DNA of 64,000 nucleotides from contig CAXMWX010000011.1 of NCBI GenBank assembly GCA_963422205.2, positions 69,673-133,672 of the forward strand, written 5' to 3'. How positions within the stretch are numbered: position 1 is the first letter of the stretch; the number at the start of each line of letters is the position of its first letter. Position numbers and translations under genes: made by a program. Positions 32,682-42,111 of this stretch are shown in pieces. The stretch comes from Gammaproteobacteria bacterium (GTDB lineage: Bacteria; Pseudomonadota; Gammaproteobacteria; Eutrophobiales; Eutrophobiaceae). Below the pieces are notes generated by a model, which saw only the letters and a list, made by a program, of their open reading frames with translations, was not told where the DNA came from and did not search any database.

Positions 32682-33317
32682 CTACGGCACACAGCGAACA
32701 CCGGTACCGCCCAGACCACAATAGCCATCAGGATTCCTGGCCAGGTATTGCTGATGATAATCCTCAGCATAATAGAACGCACCGGCGGGCAGGATCTCGG
32801 TGCTGATTGCGCCATAACCTGCCGCTGACAGGGCCTGCTGATACCGCGCTCGGCTGGCCTCGGCGGCCTGATGCTGCTGCTCGGAATAGACATAAATACC
32901 GGAGCGATACTGCGTGCCGCAATCATTGCCCTGACGCATGCCCTGGGTCGGATCATGGGCTTCCCAGAAGACCGTCAGCAACTCATCAAAACCCAGCTGT
33001 TCAGGTTGAAAGACCACCAGCACCACTTCGTTATGCCCGGTTCTGCCCGTGCATACCTCTTCATAGCTTGGGTTCGGCGTGTAACCGGCACTGTAACCCA
33101 CAGCGGTGGTATACACCCCCGGTAACTGCCAGAATTTACGCTCAGCCCCCCAGAAACATCCCAGACCGAAGATGATCTGCTGCATGATCCCGGGGAAAGG
33201 CGGCGTCAGCGGATGACCGTTGACATAGTGCCGGGCAGGCACTGGCAGGGGCTGTTCACGCCCGGGCAGGGCTTGAGATAAGGATGGCATCTCAGTTCTC
33301 CGGAAAAGCAACGACAT
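32682..33317 (-). CDS. msrA: Peptide methionine (S)-sulfoxide reductase MsrA (cytoplasmic type)
   Basis: GLGCFWGAE catalytic motif, colinear by eye with E. coli MsrA down to the C-terminal [10 protein letters not shown]. Start trimmed to MSLLFRR. Confidence 0.9.
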   Translation of the reverse strand: MSLLFRRTEMPSLSQALPGREQPLPVPARHYVNGHPLTPPFPGIMQQIIFGLGCFWGAERKFWQLPGVYTTAVGYSAGYTPNPSYEEVCTGRTGHNEVVLVVFQPEQLGFDELLTVFWEAHDPTQGMRQGNDCGTQYRSGIYVYSEQQHQAAEASRARYQQALSAAGYGAISTEILPAGAFYYAEDYHQQYLARNPDGYCGLGGTGVRCVP

Positions 33318-33462
33318 ATCATCTCCCATCGCAACGCAGGCGAGCTTGTCCCCACCCGGCGCTGTCTTTAACGAAACTATTATACAGGAACGCTATCAAA
33401 GACGATAACAAACCCATACCATCCACCTGCCAGGCCACAGATAGACCAGGGACAGCGCCACC

Positions 33463-34110
33463 ATGAAGACGGCAAAATCCATCATCAGCACCCTCTCTGT
33501 GCTGGCGGTCATCAGCATACTCTGGCTTGAGCAGATGCCAACAGCCCACGCCGAGAAAGACCCGACCACACCGAACTCGTATGCCAGGGCGGTTTTCGCT
33601 GGCGGCTGTTTCTGGTGTATGGAACCGCCTTATGATGCACTTGATGGGGTCATCAGCACCATCTCAGGCTATACCGGCGGGCGGGTTAAAAACCCAAGCT
33701 ACAAACAGGTCTCCTCCGGGACTACCGGCCATATTGAAGCGATTGAAGTCACCTATGATTCCAGCCAGGTAGATTATGAGACCCTACTGGATGTGTTCTG
33801 GCACAATGTGGATCCCACCCGTGATGATGGTCAGTTTTGCGATCAGGGCGCACATTACCGGCCGGCTATCTTCTTCAAAGATGCGCTGCAAAAACAGCTG
33901 ATTGACGAATCATGGCAGCGGATAGAAGCCACCAAACCTTTCCCTGAGGCGCTCAAAGTGGACATTTTGCCGGAGACAGTCTTCTATCCGGCTGAGGAGT
34001 ACCATCAGGATTATTATCAAAAGAACCCCATCCGCTATAAATTCTATCGTTATTCCTGCGGGCGGGATCAACGGCTGGAACAACTCTGGGGCAAACAACG
34101 CAAGCAATAA
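33463..34110 (+). CDS. msrA: Exported MsrA-family methionine sulfoxide reductase
   Basis: Signal peptide MKTAKSIISTLSVLAVISILWLEQMPTAHA, then a GGCFWCME catalytic motif and EYHQDYY. Confidence 0.85.
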   Translation: MKTAKSIISTLSVLAVISILWLEQMPTAHAEKDPTTPNSYARAVFAGGCFWCMEPPYDALDGVISTISGYTGGRVKNPSYKQVSSGTTGHIEAIEVTYDSSQVDYETLLDVFWHNVDPTRDDGQFCDQGAHYRPAIFFKDALQKQLIDESWQRIEATKPFPEALKVDILPETVFYPAEEYHQDYYQKNPIRYKFYRYSCGRDQRLEQLWGKQRKQ

Positions 34111-34215
34111 GATCAACCCCGGCAAGGCGACAGCGCTCATCGTGGCAGATAAAACATACGGCTTCGATTTGGACAGAGTGCCTTTGATTGGCTTTCCTAA
34201 AAGTGCCTTTAAGAG

Positions 34216-34728
34216 TCAACGGCGTTCATGCAGCTGCTTGAACAAGCTAGATTCACGCTTGAAGAAGCCTTCCGTGTGAAAAGAATCCGCCAGTTTTAAC
34301 ACTTCATAATCCAGGTGGTGACACAGCTCGTGCAGCAAGGTGCGAAAAAACGTCCTGTAGGCCACCACCTGCCGGTTTCTGGCGGTACGCATCCAGACGG
34401 TGATACACGCCAGCCGGCCCTGCTCGACCGGCTCATACAGACCATGCAACTCCCCACCGCCATCAGACGGCCTGACGCTCAAGACCTGCACCGTCAATGC
34501 AGGCGCATTTAACTCGACTGCCAGTCGATTGATGAGGGTATGCGCCCGGGTTTGGATAGCCGGTTGATTCTCCTTGGCAAGGCTCGTCTGTAATTGCCGA
34601 ATCATGTCACGATACTGTGTCGGCTCACGAACCGGCACCCGCTGCACACGGTCACTGGCACGATAAACCGCCTGCTCACGCTTGCTCAACTGGTAGTAAT
34701 AATCAAATACCATAAGCCAAACATCCAC
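34216..34728 (-). CDS. Hypothetical protein with an HExxH zinc-metallopeptidase-like motif (DUF45/SprT-like?)
   Basis: 170-aa ORF. The only recognisable element is LLHELCHHLDYE near the C-terminus. Confidence 0.35.
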   Translation of the reverse strand: MDVWLMVFDYYYQLSKREQAVYRASDRVQRVPVREPTQYRDMIRQLQTSLAKENQPAIQTRAHTLINRLAVELNAPALTVQVLSVRPSDGGGELHGLYEPVEQGRLACITVWMRTARNRQVVAYRTFFRTLLHELCHHLDYEVLKLADSFHTEGFFKRESSLFKQLHERR

Positions 34729-34820
34729 CAGTATCAGCGCCCGTTTCAGACTCAGCCTGGTTTTTATTCAGGCCAAGGCGCTTGTCACCTTGCCAGCCTG
34801 CTAAAGACGGCGGCTAAAAA

Positions 34821-35345
34821 CTACTGTTGCAGAAGCCGGTTGATGGTCGTCCTGACGGCAGCCTCTGCCTCGGTATCCTTGATGCCACTGGCACGTACAT
34901 ATTGAATCTGGTGTTGATCATCAACCACCATCAGGCCGGGCGTGCCCTTTACGTCATACGCCTCGGCAACATCATCGGCATCCATCAGCAAGGTCAGCGT
35001 GAAGTCGCCATCCTGCATGTATTGTACGGAGTCCCCCTCTTCCCATACATTCAAGGCATAGAAATCCACGGGTTGGCCTTTGAACTCATCCACCAGCGTC
35101 TGGAGATGCGGCAGCAGTTTCCGGCAGTACGGACACCAGGTAGCCCAGAACATCAGCACGGCTATGCGGTCCTGGCTGTTTTGGTAAAAGTTGACCTGTT
35201 TGCCATTTTTATCCATCAGCGTCCAGTCTGGTGCTATCTCCGCTGCCTGTGCGGATACGGACACCATGACCGCCAGAGCGGCTGCCGCGACGACCTGCTG
35301 TGTCAGTTTGACCATACTCTTCAGTGTTTTCATTGTCGTTACCAT
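34821..35345 (-). CDS. Exported TlpA/ResA-like thiol:disulfide oxidoreductase
   Basis: Signal peptide ending SAQAAE, a thioredoxin-fold FWATWCPYCRK active site, and a GTPGLMVVD cis-Pro loop region. Confidence 0.75.
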   Translation of the reverse strand: MVTTMKTLKSMVKLTQQVVAAAALAVMVSVSAQAAEIAPDWTLMDKNGKQVNFYQNSQDRIAVLMFWATWCPYCRKLLPHLQTLVDEFKGQPVDFYALNVWEEGDSVQYMQDGDFTLTLLMDADDVAEAYDVKGTPGLMVVDDQHQIQYVRASGIKDTEAEAAVRTTINRLLQQ

Positions 35346-35717
35346 CCGTTAAGTTAAGCTGCCTGAATGCAGGTTTCGACACCCCACCCGGGATAAGGTT
35401 CGATACACAGGCAGTCACCCTGTCGGCCTGTTTCGCTGTCCCAAATCGCTGTTAAGTACACCGAAGTTCGCTGCCTCTACAGCAAGAGCTAAGCTGGCCG
35501 GCTTGTCCGGCTGCACGAGTGCAAACAGCGTCAACGAGCGGCCAGGATGCTCATCAATACATACCCCTGCCCATGAATGAGGGACTGTTTGCCGTATTCA
35601 AGGCAGGCCAGGTACATATTTTCAGCATGATTCTGGCGGCAATCGGTACGTATACCAGTCTTATCTGATTGTTTTTATTGGATTTTTAAATTATTTAAAA
35701 AATAATACAAAAATATG

Positions 35718-35746
35718 TTGCATCGCACAATTTCATGGTTTATGAT
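35718..35746 (+). promoter_or_regulatory. Sigma-70-type promoter of the phasin gene (TTGCAT-N17-TATGAT) with an A/T-rich UP-like tract upstream
   Basis: TTGCAT at 35718..35723, a 17-nt spacer, TATGAT at 35741..35746, 38 nt upstream of the phasin ATG. Preceded by ~60 nt of almost pure A/T. Confidence 0.45.
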
Positions 35747-35783
35747 GCGGCGCAACAATTAACCCAACATCGGAGAAGCAAAG

Positions 35784-36098
35784 ATGAATGCCACAGTAGA
35801 AAAATACTTGGAGCCTGTTCAGCAATTAAATGCACTGGCTATCACCAACATTGAAAAGCTGGTCAAGCAGCAGGTCAAATTCTTAAATGAGACCAGCGAG
35901 ATCGGCCTCGGCCAACTGAGAAGTGCGACCGAAATCAAAGATATAGAAGGTCTGCAAAGCTACATTCAAGGGCAGGCTGAAGCGGCCAAGACCATGAGTG
36001 AGCGTCTGCTGGCAGAGAGCAAATATATCACTGAACTCGGCACAGAATACAGTAACGAGGTACAGAAAATCTTCAAAGAGGCTGCCGCCACGAAGTAA
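35784..36098 (+). CDS. phaP: Phasin-family PHA granule-associated protein
   Basis: 104-aa helical protein. MNATVEKYLEPVQQLNALAITNIEKLVKQQVKFLNE resembles the phasin_2 family. GGAGAAG lies 7 nt upstream of the ATG. phaC is in the same window. Confidence 0.7.
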   Translation: MNATVEKYLEPVQQLNALAITNIEKLVKQQVKFLNETSEIGLGQLRSATEIKDIEGLQSYIQGQAEAAKTMSERLLAESKYITELGTEYSNEVQKIFKEAAATK

Positions 36099-36158
36099 GG
36101 TTTTACCTCACCCCCCATCCGTCACTCCTCCTCATCTGCAAGTCGACGGAATGTACTG

Positions 36159-36185
36159 AGCCGCCCGCCTGGGCGGCTTTTTTAT
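36159..36185 (+). terminator. Rho-independent terminator after the phasin gene
   Basis: AGCCGCCC / GGGCGGCT 8-bp GC stem with a GCCT loop, followed by TTTTTTAT. Confidence 0.65.
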
Positions 36186-36262
36186 GCAACTCAACCCGCC
36201 AGCACAGCCTGGCACCGGATCGTGGCAGGGATGCACCCGGCAAACAAACACGGCATGGCAAC

Positions 36263-37216
36263 TTAAAAAATCTCCATGCTGGCAAAGACGAACAGCAGAA
36301 TCGTGATGGATATAATAGAGAGCAGGGAAGAGAGAAAGATGGTCGTCGTTGCCAAGGCACGGCCGGCTGTATAGCGCTGTGCAAACAGATACACTGTCAC
36401 GCCCGCCGGTTGTGCCGCCATAACAGTCAGCACCGCCGCCCAGAAAATATTCAGCATAAACACACTGGTTGCCAGGCTCCAGACCAGCAGGGGAAACAGG
36501 ATATTTTTCACAAATACGATGAAAGCCGCTTCCGTGACATGCCCTGCTATTTTGTATCTGGTTAATGAGGCGCCCAGTGAGAATAAGGCACAAGGCACCA
36601 CGGCCGCCTGCATGTAGGCGGTGATGGCGTCTATTGCTGCCGGGAGTTTTGTATCCGTCTGGTTTAGCAATACGCCAATACACATGGCAATGATAAAGGG
36701 GTTTTTAATCAGCCCGGCCAGTATTTTTTGTGGTACACGCACAAGCGTTTCATGACGATTTTTACCGTATTCAAACAACACCGTGGTCAGTGCAAAAAAA
36801 CTCAAACCATGCACGGAGAGAATCATGAAATAAGGCACGGTGCCTGCTTCGCCAAAAGTGCGGGTTATCACCGGCAGACCCACCAGCACCATATTACCAA
36901 AGGCACAGGCAAACCCGGTGATCACCGAGGTCATGAACTGGCGGGCAAACAACTTCGAAGCGACCAGTATGCCGAGCAGATAGCAAGCAGAGCCAGCAAT
37001 ATAAAAGCTGCCAAACAAGGCCCAGGGGATCTGCTCCGGTAACACCGTGTTGGCGAAAATTCTCACCAGCATGATCGGCACCGCATAATCAAATACAAAC
37101 AGCGCCAGGCCCTCTGCCGCCCGGTCTGAAAACCAGCCGAGCCGGGCGGCCAGATAACCGATGAATGCGATGCCGTATACCGGCAGAATAATATTGATAA
37201 TTGCGTATAGATGCAT
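36263..37216 (-). CDS. AEC (auxin efflux carrier) family transporter
   Basis: 317-aa polytopic membrane protein. The N-terminus MHLYAIINIILPVYGIAFIGYLAAR and the two-lobe hydrophobic layout are typical of the AEC/membrane transport family. Confidence 0.75.
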   Translation of the reverse strand: MHLYAIINIILPVYGIAFIGYLAARLGWFSDRAAEGLALFVFDYAVPIMLVRIFANTVLPEQIPWALFGSFYIAGSACYLLGILVASKLFARQFMTSVITGFACAFGNMVLVGLPVITRTFGEAGTVPYFMILSVHGLSFFALTTVLFEYGKNRHETLVRVPQKILAGLIKNPFIIAMCIGVLLNQTDTKLPAAIDAITAYMQAAVVPCALFSLGASLTRYKIAGHVTEAAFIVFVKNILFPLLVWSLATSVFMLNIFWAAVLTVMAAQPAGVTVYLFAQRYTAGRALATTTIFLSSLLSIISITILLFVFASMEIF

Positions 37217-37341
37217 TCGGTGTCTGTCAGCCTGCAGGCTGGTGGGCGTGATACGCCAGGATCAGCCGGCTTCAGCAAAGCCCGGGCGCGGTGTTAATAT
37301 AAGCCGCCATCAGGATAACTCATCATCATAACCATCCAGTC

Positions 37342-38154
37342 ATGCTCGCACAATTTCTACAGAAGTATAAGCCGGTTTTCGTGCTGACCGGTGCGGGCGC
37401 CAGCACCGCCTCGGGGATCCCGGATTACCGCGATAAAAACGGCGCCTGGAAGCATACGCAACCCATTCGGTATCAGGATTTTTTAAGGCACGAAAACATG
37501 CGTAAACGCTACTGGGCGCGCAGTATGAACGGCTGGCCGCATATACAAGCTGCACGCCCGAATGATGCCCATATCGCGCTCCGGCAGATGGAGGATATGG
37601 GGCTGATCAGTGCGGTGGTGACGCAAAACGTCGATGGCCTGCATCAGCAGGCGGGCAGCCGGGCGGTGATCGACCTGCATGGCACGATCCACAAGGTGCG
37701 CTGTCTGGACTGCCACAGCCTCTACCCGCGGCATGATATTCAACACGAGCTGGAGGCAAAGAACCCTGGCTTTATCAACACCAACGGCGACATCAAACCC
37801 GATGGCGATGCCGCTGTTGTACGCCATAATCTGGCCGAGTTTCGGCTGCCGTATTGTCCGTGCTGTCATGGCACAGTCAAACCGGACGTGGTATTTTTCG
37901 GCGAGAACGTACCCAGGGAGCGGAAAGACAGCGCAACCCAACGGCTGATCATATCCAGAGGCATGCTGGTGGCCGGTTCTTCCTTGATGGTCTATTCGGG
38001 CTATCGTTTCTGCCAGATCGCACAGCAATATGGCATCCCGATCGTATCCGTCAACCAGGGCGTGACCCGCGCTGATGATGAGTTTTTATTCAAACTTGAT
38101 GCAGAATGCGGCAGCACATTAAGAGAGACCATAAAAACGCTCAGACAAGGCTGA
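37342..38154 (+). CDS. cobB: NAD-dependent protein deacylase (Sir2 family)
   Basis: VLTGAGASTASGIPDYR, TQNVDGLH and a Cys4 zinc ribbon (CLDC...CPCC), with the catalytic His in LHGT. Confidence 0.85.
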   Translation: MLAQFLQKYKPVFVLTGAGASTASGIPDYRDKNGAWKHTQPIRYQDFLRHENMRKRYWARSMNGWPHIQAARPNDAHIALRQMEDMGLISAVVTQNVDGLHQQAGSRAVIDLHGTIHKVRCLDCHSLYPRHDIQHELEAKNPGFINTNGDIKPDGDAAVVRHNLAEFRLPYCPCCHGTVKPDVVFFGENVPRERKDSATQRLIISRGMLVAGSSLMVYSGYRFCQIAQQYGIPIVSVNQGVTRADDEFLFKLDAECGSTLRETIKTLRQG

Positions 38155-38334
38155 ACATTGCCCTGTATCAGGGGGAAGATATCGATATAAAGATGCCACA
38201 CATACACAGCAACAATGCATTATCATGGGCAGGACTGGCAACAGTCTGGTCGGCTCTCAAGAGAACAACCATGCACACTGCCGATAACCGACCCGGTCAG
38301 TGAACCAACACGGGCTATCCATCATCACATCAAT

Positions 38335-38961
38335 ATGCCAATGAAAAACGCTGCCCCGACCCCACGCCGGCTGGGCGCCTACCTGGCCTGCTCTGATGCC
38401 GTCCTGGAAAATGCTGTGAATAAACAGCAGCAGGCGGCCAGGGCCGGGCAGAGGGCCAAACGTATCGGCCAACTGCTGCTGAATAACAGCGACATCACGA
38501 CCGATGAACTGTCTGCTGCCATCAACAGGCAACGTGTGGCCCGCCTGGGCGCATGTCCTGTTTTTCACACCTTGAGCAGCACCGAATTAACCGCGTTGAG
38601 TCGCTGCTTTGATGAGGTATCCGTTGCCAGCGGCAAACAATTTATCATTCAGGATCAGCCTGATCCGACCTTGTTTATTCTATGCAGTGGCGCAGTTGAG
38701 GTATACCGCACCACACTGGCAGGCGAGCATCTTCATATCACGCACGTAACCGCACCTGAGCCGATCGGCGAGATGGGGTATTTCTCCGATGGTATCAGGG
38801 CGGCCTCGGTCAAGGCCGTGGAGGCAGTCGAGTTGTTATGTGCAGAATACAGCGCACTGACCACGTATTTCGAACATGTCCCCAGGGTGGCATTGGCATT
38901 TCTCTCCTTGGTTGAGCAGCGGCGCAAGGCGATGGCCGCCATCACAACGCCACCAACCTAG
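38335..38961 (+). CDS. Cyclic-nucleotide-binding-domain protein with an N-terminal T2SSE_N/MshEN-like motif pair
   Basis: The C-terminal half has a cNMP-binding beta-roll pattern (FIIQDQPDPTLFILCSGAVEVYR...IGEMGYF...RAASVKA). The N-terminal part has RLGAYLACSDAVLENAVNKQ and RIGQLLLNNSDITTDELSAAINRQ. The start, ATG 38335 or 38341, is uncertain. Confidence 0.55.
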   Translation: MPMKNAAPTPRRLGAYLACSDAVLENAVNKQQQAARAGQRAKRIGQLLLNNSDITTDELSAAINRQRVARLGACPVFHTLSSTELTALSRCFDEVSVASGKQFIIQDQPDPTLFILCSGAVEVYRTTLAGEHLHITHVTAPEPIGEMGYFSDGIRAASVKAVEAVELLCAEYSALTTYFEHVPRVALAFLSLVEQRRKAMAAITTPPT

Positions 38962-38962
38962 C

Positions 38963-40447
38963 TCACCTGTTTTCGGCCTGGTACGAATACGTCGGCAACA
39001 GCTTGTGTTCAATCAAATCAAATACACCCTGCACCGACAAAGCCAGCACCGCCGCCGGGATTGCCCCATCCAGAATCAAGGCCGTATCATCAAGCCGAAT
39101 CCCGGTCAATATGGGCTGACCATAGCCACCGGCACCGATCAATGCGCCCAGCGTGGCCAGCCCCACATTCATCACCGCTGCGGTTTTGATACCCGACATA
39201 ATCGATCGCAAGGCCAGCGGCAGTTCAATACGTTGTAACCTCTCAGCCGCAGGCAGGCCCAGCGCGATGGCCGATTCGATCACGTCAGGCTGAATATCCT
39301 TAATGCCACTCGCTGTATTGCGTATGATCGGTAACAGGCTGTAGAGAAACAAGGCCACGATGGCGGGCAGCGTGCCGATGCCCAGCAAGGGAATGAGAAA
39401 GACAAACAGCGCCAATGCCGGGACAGTCTGCAACACACCGCTGCCGGCCAGCAGCACCTGCCCCAGGCGTGCCTGTTTTGCTGCCACAATCCCAGCAGGT
39501 ACGGCGATGAGGATCGCACAACTGAGCGAGACAATCACCAGATATAAATGACTCAAGGTATTTTTATACAGCCTGCCGACCCAACTCACGCCAGCAGGGG
39601 CGGCTTGTATGGATAATGCTGAACGCAGAAAATCCGCCACCACCTGCTGACTGTCCTGCCGGGCAATTTTCACCTGCCGGTTCAGGGCCGTCATGGTGTG
39701 TTCGTTCAAGTGATTATTGACCAGCGCCAACCTTTCGGACAAGCCGGGATAAGCCGCCAGGGCCTGCTCCCGGTACAGATAGATGGCCTGGTATTCAGTA
39801 AAAAACTGCTTATCATCGCGCAATCGCTGGATTTTATAATAGTCAATCTCGGCATCTGTTGCATACAGATCAATGACATCGATATGCCGGCTGACCAAAC
39901 CACGGTAGGCCAGATCATGATCCAGACCGGTCACATGCGTATGTGGCAGTCCGTAGTGCTGGCGCAGGGCTGACCAGCCATCACCTCGTGAGATAAACTC
40001 ATTGCTGAGTCCGAAACGCAACTGAGGCCAGCGATGCAAATCGGTTATTTCCTTAATCTGCAGGGCGGCCGCCCTGGCCTGCAACATGCCCAGCACATAA
40101 CTGTTGTTAAAACCCAGGGGCGCCGTCATCAAGATCCCCTCGTGCTTTAACTGCCGTGACAGGGCCTCATCATTCGGCAGCGGGACACCGGCAAAAATTT
40201 CCTGGCGCAGCGTGCCGGTATACTCTGGATAAATATCTATTTTCCCGGCCAGCAGCGCATTCCATAAAATGCGTGTCCCGCCCAACTCCTGTCTGTGTTC
40301 TACCCCGATACCATCAGCGGCAAGTAATTGCATTGCTATCTCCGCCAGGATCACGTTCTCGGTAAATTTCTTCGAAGCCACCGTCAAGCCCGGACTGGCA
40401 TGCACCGAGGCCGCACTCAACACCAGCAGGAGGCACAAAGCACGCAT
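38963..40447 (-). CDS. Fused substrate-binding protein + permease of a glycine betaine/choline-type (OpuB/OpuC-like) ABC importer
   Basis: 494 aa. A signal peptide, then ~290 aa of periplasmic binding domain (FTENVILAEI...YPEYTGT), then a 5-6 TM permease with an EAA-like loop (IESAIALGLPAAERLQRIELPLA). Confidence 0.78.
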   Translation of the reverse strand: MRALCLLLVLSAASVHASPGLTVASKKFTENVILAEIAMQLLAADGIGVEHRQELGGTRILWNALLAGKIDIYPEYTGTLRQEIFAGVPLPNDEALSRQLKHEGILMTAPLGFNNSYVLGMLQARAAALQIKEITDLHRWPQLRFGLSNEFISRGDGWSALRQHYGLPHTHVTGLDHDLAYRGLVSRHIDVIDLYATDAEIDYYKIQRLRDDKQFFTEYQAIYLYREQALAAYPGLSERLALVNNHLNEHTMTALNRQVKIARQDSQQVVADFLRSALSIQAAPAGVSWVGRLYKNTLSHLYLVIVSLSCAILIAVPAGIVAAKQARLGQVLLAGSGVLQTVPALALFVFLIPLLGIGTLPAIVALFLYSLLPIIRNTASGIKDIQPDVIESAIALGLPAAERLQRIELPLALRSIMSGIKTAAVMNVGLATLGALIGAGGYGQPILTGIRLDDTALILDGAIPAAVLALSVQGVFDLIEHKLLPTYSYQAENR

Positions 40448-41199
40448 TATGTCTGCAACGCAGATAAGGTCTGCAAGGGCTGTCTTTGCGCCTGCACAAA
40501 GTCATGCACAAAGCGGTTGACGGGAGACTGTATCAATGCCCTGGCCGTGCCCTGCTGGACGATGCTGCCATGGTGTAATAACACAATCCAGTCAGCAAAA
40601 TACACCGCTTCGCTCATATCATGCGTCACCATGACAACCGTCTTCGCCAGTTCCTGAAAAATGTCCCGTAGCTGCTGCTGTAGCTGATAACGGATCAGCG
40701 GATCAAGCGCCGCCAGCGGCTCATCCAGGAGCAATATTTTCGGATCAAGCATCAAGGCGCGCATCAGGCTGACACGCTGACGCTGACCGCCTGACAGGTG
40801 TATCGGGTAACGAGTCAGTGCGTTACTACTGATCTGCACCAGATCAGCAAGCTGCTGCACTCGCTGTTGCAGTCGCTTATCAGACCAGCCAAGATAGCGC
40901 GGCATCAGGGCGAGGTTTTCAAAGGCATTCAGATGAGGGAACAGCCCGCCTTCCTGGATCACATACCCCATGGCCTGGCGTTGTTTCAGCAGCTTATCCT
41001 GACACAATCTCTCATCATCAATCTGTATGCGGCCCGTATCACAGGCAACCAGCCCGTTTATCAGCCGCATGAGGGTGGACTTGCCACTGCCGCTGGGGCC
41101 GATCAAGGCCGTGGTGGTGTTGGCCTTGAAGTGCAACGTGATGTTATCGATGGCAACCTGCCCTGCATACCGCTTGCCTACCTTGTCAAGCGTAATCAT
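40447..41199 (-). CDS. ABC transporter ATP-binding protein of the betaine-type importer
   Basis: Walker A GPSGSGKST, signature LSGGQRQR, Walker B ILLLDEP. Its stop abuts the downstream fused permease gene. Confidence 0.85.
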   Translation of the reverse strand: MITLDKVGKRYAGQVAIDNITLHFKANTTTALIGPSGSGKSTLMRLINGLVACDTGRIQIDDERLCQDKLLKQRQAMGYVIQEGGLFPHLNAFENLALMPRYLGWSDKRLQQRVQQLADLVQISSNALTRYPIHLSGGQRQRVSLMRALMLDPKILLLDEPLAALDPLIRYQLQQQLRDIFQELAKTVVMVTHDMSEAVYFADWIVLLHHGSIVQQGTARALIQSPVNRFVHDFVQAQRQPLQTLSALQT

Positions 41200-41321
41200 G
41201 ACCGTTTGCCTCAGTGCTGATTCATGATCGATGCGGGTGGGCTGTGCGCCGATGACAGACTGCCAGCCCAGCCGTTCGGCAGGTGCAGAGGCAAAACACA
41301 GGATGCCATCATCGCCGCCGG

Positions 41322-42002
41322 TCAGGCGAATAAATGATCAGCGACAAAGGGATTGGTCTGCCGTTCCTGGCCGAAAGTCGAGCGAGGGCCATGACCGGGC
41401 ACGAATTCTACATCATCGCCCCGGTGATCTGCCTGGGGAGCTGTCTCATGCGTTGCGAGGGGCCATAGCTTGCCACGGATGGAATCGATCAAATCGGCAT
41501 AATTACCACGGGGAAAATCCGTCCGGCCAATCGCCCCCTGGAATAACACATCGCCGACGAGCGCCAGCCTGTGTTGCGGCTGAAAAAAAACGACATGGCC
41601 GGGCGTGTGACCAGGACAATGTTTCACCAACCACGTCAAATTACCTACGCTGACGATATCGTCATCTTCCAGCCAGCGATCCGGCACAAAGGCTTCAGAG
41701 GCGGGGAAGTCAAACATGCGCGCCTGTTCGGCCAGCATATCAATCCAGAACTGATCCGCCTTATGCGGCCCTTCTATGGGTAAACGCAAGCGCCTTGCCA
41801 ACTCGGCAACGCCACCGGCATGATCAATATGGGCATGCGTGACCAGGATTTTCTCCAGCACCGCCTGCTCCGCCTCAACGGCATCGAGCAGCCGGTCCAA
41901 CTCGCCGCCCGGATCGACCACAGCCGCCTTGCCCGTCTCATCACAAATGATGATGGAGGCGTTTTGTTGTAACGGCGTGACCGGCACCACAGTGATTCGC
42001 AT
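41322..42002 (-). CDS. MBL-fold metallo-hydrolase (YcbL/glyoxalase II-like)
   Basis: THAHIDHAGG metal motif, CPGHTPGH and a later PGHGP. Confidence 0.75.
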   Translation of the reverse strand: MRITVVPVTPLQQNASIIICDETGKAAVVDPGGELDRLLDAVEAEQAVLEKILVTHAHIDHAGGVAELARRLRLPIEGPHKADQFWIDMLAEQARMFDFPASEAFVPDRWLEDDDIVSVGNLTWLVKHCPGHTPGHVVFFQPQHRLALVGDVLFQGAIGRTDFPRGNYADLIDSIRGKLWPLATHETAPQADHRGDDVEFVPGHGPRSTFGQERQTNPFVADHLFA

Positions 42003-42111
42003 ACTCTCATACTCCTGTTATGGCATGGACGCATGGCAGGCATGATAACCCCATATCATGCAAGTCGCCGTTGCCCTGCTCATCAGCAGAAGGGACGTAA
42101 AGCGGAGGGCA

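Noticed and set aside
35346-35715. A ~370-bp ORF-free stretch between the TlpA-like gene and the phasin promoter, examined for an sRNA or riboswitch.
   Set aside because: I found only weak 4-5 bp hairpins (for example GCCGG-CTTGT-CCGGC), with no terminator and no conserved-looking structure. It probably holds the TlpA-like promoter plus spacer.
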